Assembly (NCBI GenBank): GCA_963666515.2
Contig: OY762897.2
Location: forward strand, 4,544,001 to 4,608,000
DNA: 64,000 nucleotides
Direction: 5' to 3'
Origin: Candidatus Binatia bacterium
GTDB lineage: Bacteria; Desulfobacterota; Binatia; UBA9968; JAJDTQ01
In this document: piece after piece, positions 1 through 10,122 of the stretch
Layout of the letters: the number at the start of each line of letters is the position of its first letter
How positions within the stretch are numbered: the stretch's first letter is position 1
Notes under the pieces: generated by a model
Databases searched by the model: none
The model's input: the letters and a program-made list of their open reading frames with translations, nothing else
Told to the model about the DNA's origin: nothing
Translations under genes and position numbers: made by a program

Positions 1-525
1 AAGGGCTTCTTGGAGGAAGCAATCTGCGCTGCGATTACACGAGAGCGGCCTTTGCTGTCCCGGGTCTCGCATTCTCGCGCATATCTCATTGCAGATTCGC
101 GTGGTGAGGTTGCAGCACTCGGTCCGCTGTCTCGCGTTGTCGGGAAGACCTCCGGTATTGTCCGCGGATTGTTTTCGACCGTCACGGACGAGCATCCGCG
201 GGTTGAACAGGTCCGCTGGTCGGAAGCCGCACGCATTTCGATCGACATGAGAAACGGAGCGGTTTGGCTATTGGTCGATCCGGATGTGTGGATCTGGCCA
301 GCCAGATGTCGGCAGGACGCGACGGAGTTTCTGGACCAGCGTCGCCGCGATCGGTTCAACAGCAAATACAACGACCTGCTGACCGCGTGGGTGCAGATCA
401 TTCTGAACACCGACAGACGCGGCGTTGACGTTGAACTCTCCGCGCCGCATGGCGCTGACGGTGCTGGGAAATCGGTCTTTCTTGTGGGCGGTCGGACGGC
501 TTTTGCACGGAGGCTTGGTTCATGA
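1..525 (+). CDS. C-terminal (APAZ-like) part of the short-pAgo partner protein, probably SIR2-APAZ; 5'-truncated by the window edge
   Basis: The frame is open from base 1. The segment '[12 protein letters not shown]...[17 protein letters not shown]' resembles APAZ C-termini, and the stop overlaps the Ago start (ATGA). The effector domain lies outside the window. Confidence 0.7.
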   Translation, partial: KGFLEEAICAAITRERPLLSRVSHSRAYLIADSRGEVAALGPLSRVVGKTSGIVRGLFSTVTDEHPRVEQVRWSEAARISIDMRNGAVWLLVDPDVWIWPARCRQDATEFLDQRRRDRFNSKYNDLLTAWVQIILNTDRRGVDVELSAPHGADGAGKSVFLVGGRTAFARRLGS

Positions 526-1934
526 GCGGCGGCGCTGAAGAGTTGTCCGGCTATACCAAACTTGCAGAACCTCTCCTTCTGTTTGCCGAAAAAGGCAAAC
601 ATAAGCACCCTTTGTTGGGGCTGTTAAAGCACGGTCCGTACGGGCTGCAGTTGGGCGCGCCAACCACGCTTCGATTCGCCCTAGTCGCACTCAAGCGCGA
701 TATAGGGAGACTTCGCAGTCTTGTCGAAGAATTGGACCAGCCGGCGTCCCCCAAAGAGGCGAAGAACTACTACCCGGAGTACCCGGGCTTCACGCAGGCA
801 TTCCGCACTCCGATTGCAACTCTGGATGAACGCGTTCAGATAACTTTGCCGGAAACCCTGGACGCCTATGCGCAGAGGGGTGAGAAACACGAGCTTGGCC
901 GTGAGTTGTTCCAATGCGTCTCGCACTTGAAGGCCGTCCGGGGAAGTTTCGATCTTGCCCTCGTTTACTTGCCGCCCCACTGGTCCTCGTGCTTTGAGGG
1001 AGAGAACTTCAATTTACATGATTTCCTAAAGGCCTACTGCGCACCATCGAACATTCCCGTTCAGATCGTCAGGGAGAACAGCTTCGATCGCAAGTGTCGT
1101 GCAAACGTGATGTGGGGACTGAGCGTCGCCGCATATGCCAAGGCGGGTGGGGTGCCGTGGAAGCTGACTGGGCTAGGCCAGGACGAGGCCTTCATCGGCA
1201 TCAGCTACGCACTCAAGACCGACCACCGCGGCAACCTCTACAGCACCTGTTGCAGCCAGGTTTTCGACCCGGACGGAACCGGCTTCCGTTTCGTCGCCTA
1301 TGACGCCCGCGAGTTCACTCAGGACGCCCGGCGCAACCCCTATTTGTCCTATTACGAGATGCAGTCAGTCCTCTCGCGCAGCCTGGAAATCTATCAGAGT
1401 GGGCATTTTGGCCGAACGCCAACGAAAATCACGGTTCACAAGAACACGCCCTTCAAAGAGGAGGAGATTCTGGGAGCACTCGACAGTTTCCGAGACGGAA
1501 CTGAAGTGGAACTTGTACAGGTCGTTAAGGATACCTCTTGGAGAGCGATACGCTTCGATGTGCGAAAGCCGCCCCAGCCGTTCAACTATCCCGTTGAGCG
1601 TGGCACGTACATTCCCATAGGAGGGAATGAAGCCCTTCTATGGACGCAGGGCAGCGTCGTCGGAGTGCATGTCGATAATTCAAACTACAATGTCTACAAA
1701 GAAGGCCCGTTGAAGCCGACACCTTCCCCAATATTGCTCCGCCGTTTTACAGGCACTGGCGGCTGGCACGAAACCTGTGCAGCCATTGTTGGACTCACAA
1801 AAATGGACTGGAATAACAATACGCTTTATAAGAAGCTGCCAGCCACGCTGGTATACTCCAAGTATTTTGCTGACATTGTGCAACAGAACCCGGACATCGT
1901 CGATACAGTTTACGATTTCAGGAACTTTATGTAG
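522..1934 (+). CDS. Short prokaryotic Argonaute (MID-PIWI only, no catalytic tetrad)
   Basis: 470 aa with motifs 'EPLLLF', 'YPEYPGF', 'LHDFLK', 'IPVQIV', '[11 protein letters not shown]', 'AFIGISY', '[10 protein letters not shown]', 'VHKNTPF', 'LTKMDWN' and C-terminal 'DFRNFM'. From memory it closely resembles the Geobacter Sir2-associated Ago. Confidence 0.93.
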   Translation: MSGGAEELSGYTKLAEPLLLFAEKGKHKHPLLGLLKHGPYGLQLGAPTTLRFALVALKRDIGRLRSLVEELDQPASPKEAKNYYPEYPGFTQAFRTPIATLDERVQITLPETLDAYAQRGEKHELGRELFQCVSHLKAVRGSFDLALVYLPPHWSSCFEGENFNLHDFLKAYCAPSNIPVQIVRENSFDRKCRANVMWGLSVAAYAKAGGVPWKLTGLGQDEAFIGISYALKTDHRGNLYSTCCSQVFDPDGTGFRFVAYDAREFTQDARRNPYLSYYEMQSVLSRSLEIYQSGHFGRTPTKITVHKNTPFKEEEILGALDSFRDGTEVELVQVVKDTSWRAIRFDVRKPPQPFNYPVERGTYIPIGGNEALLWTQGSVVGVHVDNSNYNVYKEGPLKPTPSPILLRRFTGTGGWHETCAAIVGLTKMDWNNNTLYKKLPATLVYSKYFADIVQQNPDIVDTVYDFRNFM

Positions 1935-1995
1935 ATCACCCAAGGGTTGATGGCGTGTCGTGGCCTGGGCCGACGAAGCGAGTAGTGGTGCCTGC

Positions 1996-2835
1996 TCAGG
2001 GCGCGTGAAACGCACGCTCTATCGACACGATAAAGTCGTCGACGTCGTTCTCGTCGACAACCTTGGTTGCAAAGGGCGCATGTTCGAGGATGGTCTTGGC
2101 GATTTCGTAGGCGCCCAAGAGTGAGCTGTCCTGGGGACGGCCCAGCAGAAAGTAGAGTTCGATTTCCTCGCTCGTACCCTCGGCGACGGCCGCCAGATGG
2201 CCGCGCCACAGACGTGCCTTGTCCTTGATGCCGTCGGCATCGGCCATGTCCAGCGACACCGGCTCGTAGGCATGCCACCGTCCATTTTGCCAAGCCTTCT
2301 CGAACTTGATCTGGTCTTGGGTACCCACCACGGCCTTGGGCTTGAACGGGACATTGACGCCGCGCTCCAGAAGCTTGTCTCGGACAGGTCGCCAGACGTC
2401 CTCGTCGGACCTGCGCTTGATTGGTGTCGAGTCGTATTGAGCGACGTAACGTTTATAGAGGCGGTCCAATGTCCAGGCAGGGTCAGTCGTCAGCCCGGTG
2501 CCTGTTGGCGACCATTGCAAGGCACTGTCGTCGTCGGGCAGTACCTTCAAGGCGTGAGCGCGGGCATCGGTATGGGCGTCGAACAAGGGCATTTTACCGG
2601 CCTGCTTTGCGACGGTAGAGAAGCCGTGGCGGACCGCCCGCATGGCTTGGGCGAAGGCCTTGCGGTCAAGATCGGGGAATGCCTGTTTCAGACGCCCCAT
2701 CGTTGTGCGTGTCCTAATCTCCAGGAAGCTGGCCGCGGGCGCGTGCATTACGACGCCGACATTGAGCGCCTCTCCGGAAACCACGTCATGGACGTAGCGG
2801 AGCACGGTATAGCTGTAGGCTTGTTTCTCGGTCAT
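1996..2835 (-). CDS. DUF3037 domain protein
   Basis: N-terminus 'YSYTVLRYVHDVVSGEALNVGVVM' is typical of DUF3037; 4-bp overlap with the upstream kinase. Confidence 0.8.
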   Translation of the reverse strand: MTEKQAYSYTVLRYVHDVVSGEALNVGVVMHAPAASFLEIRTRTTMGRLKQAFPDLDRKAFAQAMRAVRHGFSTVAKQAGKMPLFDAHTDARAHALKVLPDDDSALQWSPTGTGLTTDPAWTLDRLYKRYVAQYDSTPIKRRSDEDVWRPVRDKLLERGVNVPFKPKAVVGTQDQIKFEKAWQNGRWHAYEPVSLDMADADGIKDKARLWRGHLAAVAEGTSEEIELYFLLGRPQDSSLLGAYEIAKTILEHAPFATKVVDENDVDDFIVSIERAFHAP

Positions 2836-3626
2836 TGCAGTACCCGCCTTATCTCAGCGATGACGCTGTCCAAATTGTCTCTTGCATTCCGAACCCGGTC
2901 AAGCGCCTCTTCCACGGATGGATGGGCCGCGTCCCATTCTGGCGGTATGGTTTGGCGGTATTCCAGCAGGCGGTCGTCGGAAATCCTGGCCCACAGCGTA
3001 CGGAGGGGGCCGAAGTCGAGATCGCGCTTCTTGAGTTCGTGGCAGAAGATGTGGCCATCAGCCCGTCCAAGCCAGTCCAAGGCGCCAACCTGCCAGGGCG
3101 GTCGCCAATCGAGTAGTCCGGACGTTGAAGGGAACGCCAGCTCATGGTCAATAAGGCGAAAGCGATCCTGGGCCACGAGGCAGTTTGGGTTCGATGGCCT
3201 TCTATCAAGATTGTCGATGACGGCATCAAAGACCAATGCCCCCAACGCTGACGGCAGCATGGCATCGGTTATGCGTTTACCCGAGGTCCACACACTGAAC
3301 TGATTCCCGACCTTCACGGAGCCGAACCCGACGGGTGAGCTGGTCTTGAGCCGCTCCCTGATGTCAGGGTCCGTCACCACCGAGGCCAAAGCCGAGGGTA
3401 TTTCGACGAGGTAGGGTGTCGGCACAGGTAGATTCAGATCGGTCGCAAGGCAGCTCGCCACAACTTCTCGGGCCAAATTAGTCACTCCCTCGAAACAACC
3501 TGCGGAGAGTTTGCAAAACACCTCGATGGCTCCATCAGTATCTGCCTCGCAGAGCATCAGAACCGGTTTCGTGCGTCCCGATGTTGCTTGGCGTAGGATC
3601 TCGTCGGCGGTCACGCGACTGAGCAT
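2832..3626 (-). CDS. HipA-like (HipA_2 type) kinase
   Basis: Motifs 'GRTKP', 'FCKL', 'AREVVAS.LA..LNLPVP', 'FDAVIDNLDR..NPNCL', 'LIDHELAF'. Confidence 0.85.
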   Translation of the reverse strand: MLSRVTADEILRQATSGRTKPVLMLCEADTDGAIEVFCKLSAGCFEGVTNLAREVVASCLATDLNLPVPTPYLVEIPSALASVVTDPDIRERLKTSSPVGFGSVKVGNQFSVWTSGKRITDAMLPSALGALVFDAVIDNLDRRPSNPNCLVAQDRFRLIDHELAFPSTSGLLDWRPPWQVGALDWLGRADGHIFCHELKKRDLDFGPLRTLWARISDDRLLEYRQTIPPEWDAAHPSVEEALDRVRNARDNLDSVIAEIRRVLQ

Positions 3627-4774
3627 CCGGTCTCCCTGCCGAACACTTCATACAGCATGGCCGGGATGAGTGTGTCCAATCTTGCGGCAGCCTCGTTGCG
3701 GGTCCTGCGCAACTTGCCCACTTTCGCTTGCAACTGATTGAACCAATGTTGTTTTCTGGTCGATGGCACTGGCACCGTTATCGTGGCGAGCTTCTTCAGG
3801 CCGAGGGTCCGGTTCCGTCCGGCGCCGCCGGGGGATGCCTCACGGAGGCATTGCAGACCTTCCCGACTGAGGAAGTAGTACAGCAGGAATTCGGCGTTTG
3901 GGGCGCCGGGTTTCGGGATGCAGGTCAGGAAGCGATGGGAACCAACCCTGCCTTCGTCTTGGTCCCGGGCGATCGCTACCGCGCCTTCCCATGCAAAGAC
4001 AATGTTGAACACGAGATCTCCCGGAGCGATCCGGTAGAGCTTTTTGCTGCCGACGGTCATTCCGTCCAACAGGGGTTTGTGAAAGGTGCCCCGCCCGAAT
4101 GACCGGACCCCGAGTTCCGCGTAACTCCCTCCCGGTTCAACACTGACGGGCCTCCTCACAAGCGGAGCGACTTCTGCCATCGGCAGATAGTCCGCACCCT
4201 TGACCACTCGCTGAAATGCGTTGTGAAGGAGCACGTCAACGTCTTGATCGGCAACCGCCAACGCCTTCCGTCGTTTTTCGATCAACCGCGCTACACGATC
4301 CAACCGCGCGACGATGCGTCGCTGTTCGTTAAGTGGCGGAAGGGGAGTCCTAATTGCCAGAAGGTTATCTTCCTTCAACCGAACGCGGTTGGTAGATCCC
4401 TCACTAGCTCGTCTGCACAGTTCCACGAAGCTGTTCGTCTTCGAGTACCACTCCAAGTACCGGGGATGAGCTTGAGAATGATCAACATCGAAAGCCGGAA
4501 AGTCACCACTCACAAGCGCCCCATCCAGATCGGGCGGTACAAGTCCAAAGGCTCCATGGCGTGCGTCGATACGGGACAACAAGAATTGACCCTTGCGTAC
4601 CTGCACCTGTCGGCGGGCGGCGATCTTGGAGCCGTATACCTCGCCTCTAAGCGTGAGACCCTTACCCCAAAGCCGTACCGTGATCTGCTTGTAGATTCGG
4701 TCCGGCTGGGGCTCCGTCCAGTTGTTGGATCGGGTTAGGAACCTCCCGAATGGAACCGAACGCCAAGCCATCAT
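3611..4774 (-). CDS. hsdS: Type I RM specificity subunit
   Basis: Two similar half-repeats (TRDs) with conserved 'PLPPLNEQRRIVARLD' and 'VPVPS..KQ'; follows hsdM. Confidence 0.88.
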   Translation of the reverse strand: MMAWRSVPFGRFLTRSNNWTEPQPDRIYKQITVRLWGKGLTLRGEVYGSKIAARRQVQVRKGQFLLSRIDARHGAFGLVPPDLDGALVSGDFPAFDVDHSQAHPRYLEWYSKTNSFVELCRRASEGSTNRVRLKEDNLLAIRTPLPPLNEQRRIVARLDRVARLIEKRRKALAVADQDVDVLLHNAFQRVVKGADYLPMAEVAPLVRRPVSVEPGGSYAELGVRSFGRGTFHKPLLDGMTVGSKKLYRIAPGDLVFNIVFAWEGAVAIARDQDEGRVGSHRFLTCIPKPGAPNAEFLLYYFLSREGLQCLREASPGGAGRNRTLGLKKLATITVPVPSTRKQHWFNQLQAKVGKLRRTRNEAAARLDTLIPAMLYEVFGRETGCSVA

Positions 4775-6354
4775 ACAGGCTCTGCCAACGTCGCCTTGAT
4801 CTCGTCCATGATCTCCAGGATGCGGCGTTCCTGTGAGATGATGGCCTCAACGATCTCGGTCGGCGGGCGGTGGTCTTCGATGTCTTCGGAATGCGGGTTT
4901 TTGAGGTCGAGATTACAGGCCGTTACGCGCCCGTCGTCGTCGCGTTGGACCAGCGCGGCTGCATCGACCTGCCACGCGCGCTCGTTCGTTTTCCGATCCT
5001 TCCACCAGGCGAGGCACGGTGCGAACTCCTCGAAAGTGAGCGGGGCCGTCTTCGAGTACTGCCGGCGGCCCTCCGGCCGGGGCTGCTCATAATACCAGAT
5101 CGATCGCGTTGGCCCGGACGTGTCGAAGAAGATCAGATTGGCCGGAATGTCGGTATAGGGCGCGAAGACGCCTTCTGGCAGGCGAATGATCGTGTGCAGG
5201 TTGAAACTCTCAAGGAGGTCGGCCTTGATCCGCGCGGCGATACCGTCGCCGAACAGGATTCCGTTGGGAACAACGACGGCGGCCCGACCCTGGCCGCCAC
5301 GCTTGAGCCGTCGCATGATGACCTGGAGGAACAGGAGCGCGGTTTCAGCGGTCCGTCGGTCGTCAGGAAAGTTGTTGAGGATCCCGGCCTCCTCCTCGCC
5401 ACCGAAAGGCGGGTTGGTGAGGATGACGTTGACCCGCCGGTCCTCGCCGATCTCGGTCAGGCGATGGCGGAGCGCGTTGCCGGGGTCGATTCGCGGCGCA
5501 TGGAGGCCGTGCAGAAGCAGGTTTAACTGGGCGAGCAGGTACGGCAAGGTCTTGGCCTCCTCTCCGAAGAGGCTGCGCTCCTGAACCGTCTCCCCGTCGG
5601 TTTCGGTCTTGGCTTGGCCCATCAGGTGGTCGAAGGATTCCGTCAGGAATCCCCCGGTGCCACAAGCCGGATCGAGCACGGTTTCCTGCAATCGGGGGTC
5701 CGTCACCTCTACCATGAGGCGGACCACCGGTCGCGGCGTATAGAACTCGCCAGCGTCGCCGGCGGCGTCGCGCATCTCCCGAAGCAGGGTTTCGTAGAGT
5801 CGCCCGATGGTGTGGACTTCCTCGGAGACATGGAACTGAATGCCGTCGACTAGGTTGACCACGTCACGCAGAAGGTAGCCGCTCTCCATACGGTTGGAAA
5901 AACCCTGGAAGACCGTGGCAACCACGTCGCGCCGCTCGCGTCCACTGCCATCGCCGCGCAGATTCCTCAGATAGGAAAACAGGCCCGGTCCTCTGGAGCC
6001 GTCAGGACGCTCGGCTTCCTCGTTTTCCAGGAACGCGAGAAGATCAGGACCCGTCAATCCGTCGGCTGGGGCGGCCCAGTCACGCCAGCGATAGGGCGGA
6101 CTTATGACAGCTCTGTATTCGGCTCCAGCAAGCTCCGCCTTCGTTTCTTCGAGATGCTCCATGTCGTCGAGGAACTTGAGGAACATGATCCAGGTGAGCA
6201 TGGGCAGGCGGTCCAGGTCGCCGTTCAGCCCCTTGTCCTTGCGCATGATCTTGCGCACGGATTTGATGATGCGATCAAGCCGCTGCGCCGTCGTCGGTTC
6301 CTGTGGCACCGACTTCGTACCAGTCCTTCTCGCCATAGCTCGCCCCAAGCTCAT
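4771..6354 (-). CDS. hsdM: Type I RM N6-adenine methyltransferase subunit
   Basis: Motifs 'GEFYTPR', 'VLDPACGTGGFL', 'NPPF'. The start is either 6354 (ATGA overlap with the hsdR stop) or 6336; the listed 6645 start is too long. Confidence 0.93.
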   Translation of the reverse strand: MSLGRAMARRTGTKSVPQEPTTAQRLDRIIKSVRKIMRKDKGLNGDLDRLPMLTWIMFLKFLDDMEHLEETKAELAGAEYRAVISPPYRWRDWAAPADGLTGPDLLAFLENEEAERPDGSRGPGLFSYLRNLRGDGSGRERRDVVATVFQGFSNRMESGYLLRDVVNLVDGIQFHVSEEVHTIGRLYETLLREMRDAAGDAGEFYTPRPVVRLMVEVTDPRLQETVLDPACGTGGFLTESFDHLMGQAKTETDGETVQERSLFGEEAKTLPYLLAQLNLLLHGLHAPRIDPGNALRHRLTEIGEDRRVNVILTNPPFGGEEEAGILNNFPDDRRTAETALLFLQVIMRRLKRGGQGRAAVVVPNGILFGDGIAARIKADLLESFNLHTIIRLPEGVFAPYTDIPANLIFFDTSGPTRSIWYYEQPRPEGRRQYSKTAPLTFEEFAPCLAWWKDRKTNERAWQVDAAALVQRDDDGRVTACNLDLKNPHSEDIEDHRPPTEIVEAIISQERRILEIMDEIKATLAEPV

Positions 6355-8738
6355 GCGGCGTAGAGCCGCTTCTGCATTTCGGCAACGGCTTCTCGGATGC
6401 TTTGGGCGCCGCCGAATTTCTCCGAGATCTCGATGACATTCCCCCATTCTGAAATCGGCGGAATCTCCAGAATGTCCGGCAACTTGAACTGAACGCTGCC
6501 GTGGTCGGCGTACTTGTCGAGCATCGCGTCGAGAATCCCGCGTGCGTCCGGCCCGTATTGCTCGAAGAATGCGGTTTCGTCCTGTTTCACACGGGCGACG
6601 CGTTCGCGCCGCGTCCTCAGCGGTGCATTGAACGCCAAGTGGCACAGCAGGTCGAAAGGGTCCGCTTCCGGCTTGCCGACAGCCTCCGCAAGGGTTTCCA
6701 TGTCGATCCCCTTCTCCAGGAGCCTGTCCACGATCTCTGCCCGGCGCTCGGCGTCTAGCCAGTCTTTACGAAACTCCGACGGATTAGGGAAAAGCGTTCG
6801 CACCTTGTCGGCCGTGTAGTCGGTCAGTTGGCGGCAGGCGAGCTTCCTGCCCTCCGAGTCGAGCTCGTAAACCAGGTGCTTCACGATCTCGACCTCTCCG
6901 CCGTCGACATAATATCTCCGAGGCAGGCCCTCGTCGTCATCGTCGAGTGTACCCGCAGGCAGAGCGTCGTCGACATCCGGAAATGAGCAATACAGATCAT
7001 CGGGCTCAGGCTCTCGAATCTGCGGCTCCTGGACGATCTTTCCGTCCTCGTCGATGATGTCTTCCTGTTCGTGCAGGGGGGCACCGTCAAAACCAGGGTC
7101 CGCAAATTTCTCGGTAGCGGTACCCGTGTAGTCTATGATGTTGAACGCGAGCTTGTCGTAGTCGGTTCGCAGACGTGTCCCGCGTCCGATAATCTGCTTG
7201 AACTCGGGCATGGAGCCGACCACCCGGACCAGCACGACGTTCTTGCATGTCGGGGCGTCGACGCCGGTGGTCAGCAGTTGCGACGTCGTCAGGACGACGG
7301 GGGAACGTGTCTCCACGTCCTGGAACTTGGCCCGGTGAGCGCTACCGATATCGCCCTCGTCCGCAGTCACCCGGCACACGTAGTCGGGGTATTCCTTGAC
7401 CAGATCGGTGTTGAGTTCGGCGAGAGCGCTACGCATTTCCAGCGCGTGCTCCTGGTTGACGCAGAAGATGATCGTCTTTGCGAAGCGGTCGGTCTGGCTC
7501 ATGAACCCGGCGAGGTGCTGTGCAATGGCCTTGGTTCGCGCCCTGATGGCCACCAAGCGCTCGAAGTCGGACGTGGAGTACTCAGTGTCGGGTATTTCGC
7601 GCCCGTAGCGGTCAACCTCGCCTTTGCTTGGGCGCCACCCCGTGGCGTCGTAGTCGGTGACGACACGATGCACACGGAAAGGAGCGAGGAAACCGTCGGA
7701 GATGCCTTGGGCAAGGCTGTATTCGTAGATCGGGTCGCCGAAGTAAGTGTAAGTGTCGATGTTGTCGTCGCGTCGCGGCGTGGCCGTCATTCCGATCTGC
7801 GTCGCGGAGTCAAACCACTCAAGTATTTCGCGCCAGTTGCTGTCGTCTCGGGCGCTGCCGCGGTGGCACTCGTCGACAATGATGAGGTCGAAGAAATCGT
7901 GTGGGTAGTCACGGTACAGGCCCGGCCGACTGTCGTCGCGCGCGATGCTCTGATAGGTCGAAAAGTACATATCGCGAGCCTTGGACGTGTTGCCCCTCGC
8001 GATCTTGTGACGGGCGTCTCCAAAGACGCTGAAATCCTTGGCCATCGGGTCGTCGACAAGGACGTTACGGTCGGCAAGGAACAGTATCTTCGGTTTGCGT
8101 TTGGCGCCCTTGGTGTTCCAGCGGGCGGACCAGAGCTTCCAGGCGATCTGGAACGCAATGGCGGTCTTGCCCGCTCCGGTGCACAGGGTCAGAAGGATGC
8201 GCCTGCGCCCGGAAACAACGTCCTGGACAGCCCGGTTGATGGCCGTTTCCTGGTAGTAGCGTAGCGGCCTCGCCGGGTCTGGATGCATCGGCATCAGCAG
8301 TTGCTGAACCACCGTGTCATCGATCAGGCCAGCGGCCTGCCGTTGCCGACGCCAGAGTTCTTCGGGTGACGGAAAGGTGTTGACGGACTTTTCGGCGCCG
8401 GTGATGTAGTCGATCTCGATGATTTCCCTGCCGTTGGTTGCATAGGCGAAGTTGAGTCCGAGTATCTCGGCGTAGTCTTTCGCCTGCTGCACTCCTTCGG
8501 CGGCGTGCTTGTACCGCGCCTTGGCCTCGACGACCGCGATGGGAAAATCGGGTTGGTAGCGCAGGATGTAGTCTGCGCGCTTCTGCCTTCCGCGTCGCGC
8601 CTTTCCGCCGGCGAAGACGATACGCCCGTCTGTGAAGGTCCGCTGCTCGTTGATCGCGTGAGGTGCATCGTCCCAGCCCGCTTTCTGGAGCATGGGGACG
8701 ACAAACTTGCGACAGGTGTCGGCTTCGGTTTCGGTCAT
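6351..8738 (-). CDS. hsdR: Type I RM restriction subunit (EcoAI/EcoEI-like)
   Basis: Starts at 'MTETEADTCRK'. Nuclease motif 'ADYIL...VVEAK', Walker A 'CTGAGKT', 'DECH', 'TATP', 'QIIGRGTR' and an EcoEI-type C-terminus. Confidence 0.93.
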   Translation of the reverse strand: MTETEADTCRKFVVPMLQKAGWDDAPHAINEQRTFTDGRIVFAGGKARRGRQKRADYILRYQPDFPIAVVEAKARYKHAAEGVQQAKDYAEILGLNFAYATNGREIIEIDYITGAEKSVNTFPSPEELWRRQRQAAGLIDDTVVQQLLMPMHPDPARPLRYYQETAINRAVQDVVSGRRRILLTLCTGAGKTAIAFQIAWKLWSARWNTKGAKRKPKILFLADRNVLVDDPMAKDFSVFGDARHKIARGNTSKARDMYFSTYQSIARDDSRPGLYRDYPHDFFDLIIVDECHRGSARDDSNWREILEWFDSATQIGMTATPRRDDNIDTYTYFGDPIYEYSLAQGISDGFLAPFRVHRVVTDYDATGWRPSKGEVDRYGREIPDTEYSTSDFERLVAIRARTKAIAQHLAGFMSQTDRFAKTIIFCVNQEHALEMRSALAELNTDLVKEYPDYVCRVTADEGDIGSAHRAKFQDVETRSPVVLTTSQLLTTGVDAPTCKNVVLVRVVGSMPEFKQIIGRGTRLRTDYDKLAFNIIDYTGTATEKFADPGFDGAPLHEQEDIIDEDGKIVQEPQIREPEPDDLYCSFPDVDDALPAGTLDDDDEGLPRRYYVDGGEVEIVKHLVYELDSEGRKLACRQLTDYTADKVRTLFPNPSEFRKDWLDAERRAEIVDRLLEKGIDMETLAEAVGKPEADPFDLLCHLAFNAPLRTRRERVARVKQDETAFFEQYGPDARGILDAMLDKYADHGSVQFKLPDILEIPPISEWGNVIEISEKFGGAQSIREAVAEMQKRLYAA

Positions 8739-8824
8739 CGGAGTATCCTTGTCACCGAAGCGGTCATACTTTTGGTCGCAGTCTCGTCTTACAAGCCCTG
8801 CCGCGTGGCGTAACGGCTTGGTGC

Positions 8825-9997
8825 TTACCCGGCGCCGTACACTGCCTCGATCGCCCCCACCGCATCCTCCACCGCCACGTCCGCCCCCTCCTCCCTCAGA
8901 ATCCGCCCCAGCGCCTCCACCAGCGCCACCACGTTCTCCTTCCGGCTCGACTCGCCCATGAGCCCGATGCGCCAAGTCTTGCCGGCGAGGGCGCCGAGGC
9001 CGCCGCCGATCTCGATGTTGAAGTCCAGCAGCAGGCGCTTGCGGATGGCGACGTCGTTGACGCCCTCGGGGATCTTGACGCTGTTGAGCATCCACAGGCG
9101 GTGGCCTTCCTGGGAGGCCAGGGGGATGCCGAGGACCTCCAGGCCGGCCACCAGGGCACGGTGGTTCAACTCGTGGCGTGCGAAACGGGCTTCCTCGCCC
9201 TCCTTCTCGATCTCGCTCAGGGCGGCGTGGAGGCCGTAGTTCATGGAGATGGGGGCGGTGTGGTGGTAGGCGCGATCCTCGCCCCAGTAGCGCTCGATCA
9301 TGGTCAGGTCCAGGTACCAGCTCTTGACCTTGCCCTTGCGCCGGCCCAGCTTGTCGCGGGCGGCCTGGTTGAAGGACACCGGCGACAGTCCGGGAGGGCA
9401 GCTCAGGCACTTCTGGGTGCCGCTGTAGGCGGCGTCGACGTTCCAGGCATCGAGGGTCACGGGACAGCCGCCCAGCGAGGTCACGGTGTCCAGCACCAGC
9501 AGGGCGCCGGCGTCGTGGGCGAGCCGGGAGATCTCTTCAACCGGTTGCCACACCCCGGTGGAGGTCTCGGCGTGCACCAGGGTGACGATGTCCACCTTCT
9601 GGTCCTTGAGGGCCTGCTCCACCTGCTCGGGCCGGATGATCTCGCCCCAAGGGGCCTCGACCTTCACCAAGTTCCCGCCCAGCCGCTCGACGATGTCCGC
9701 CATGCGGGTGCCGAAGACGCCGTTCACGCACACCAGCACCGTGTCGCCCTCCTCGATGAGGTTCACGAGGCAGGTCTCCATGCCGGCGCTGCCGGTGCCC
9801 GACACCGGAAAGGTCAGATCGTTCCCGGTGTGGAACAGCCGGCGCAGCATGGCCTTGCTCTCTTCCATGACCTTGAAGAATTCCGGGTCCAGATGGCCGA
9901 CCACGGGGGCCGACAGCGCCTCCAGCACGCTTGGATGCGGGGTGCTGGGGCCGGGTCCGAGGAGGATTCTCCTGGGAGGGTTCAACGGTGATGCCAT
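8825..9997 (-). CDS. Alanine-glyoxylate / serine-pyruvate aminotransferase (class V PLP)
   Basis: Motifs 'RILLGPGPS', 'GTGSAGME', 'VHAETSTG', 'SGTQKCLSCPPG', 'YHHTAP', 'WRIGLMG'. Confidence 0.92.
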   Translation of the reverse strand: MASPLNPPRRILLGPGPSTPHPSVLEALSAPVVGHLDPEFFKVMEESKAMLRRLFHTGNDLTFPVSGTGSAGMETCLVNLIEEGDTVLVCVNGVFGTRMADIVERLGGNLVKVEAPWGEIIRPEQVEQALKDQKVDIVTLVHAETSTGVWQPVEEISRLAHDAGALLVLDTVTSLGGCPVTLDAWNVDAAYSGTQKCLSCPPGLSPVSFNQAARDKLGRRKGKVKSWYLDLTMIERYWGEDRAYHHTAPISMNYGLHAALSEIEKEGEEARFARHELNHRALVAGLEVLGIPLASQEGHRLWMLNSVKIPEGVNDVAIRKRLLLDFNIEIGGGLGALAGKTWRIGLMGESSRKENVVALVEALGRILREEGADVAVEDAVGAIEAVYGAG

Positions 9998-10122
9998 GCG
10001 CTTGCTCCTGTTGGCGATTTCGCTGGGGTCTGTTGGTTTGTGAGCGGCTCGGGTGCGGTGTATCCTGATGTTTTTCAAGGTAATAGCACCCGCGGAGCGG
10101 GGCGACAAACCTTCCTGCCTCC

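Noticed and set aside
8739-9410. Apparent long N-terminal extension of HsdR in the ORF track
   Set aside because: It overlaps the aminotransferase in another frame; HsdR homology starts at 8738.
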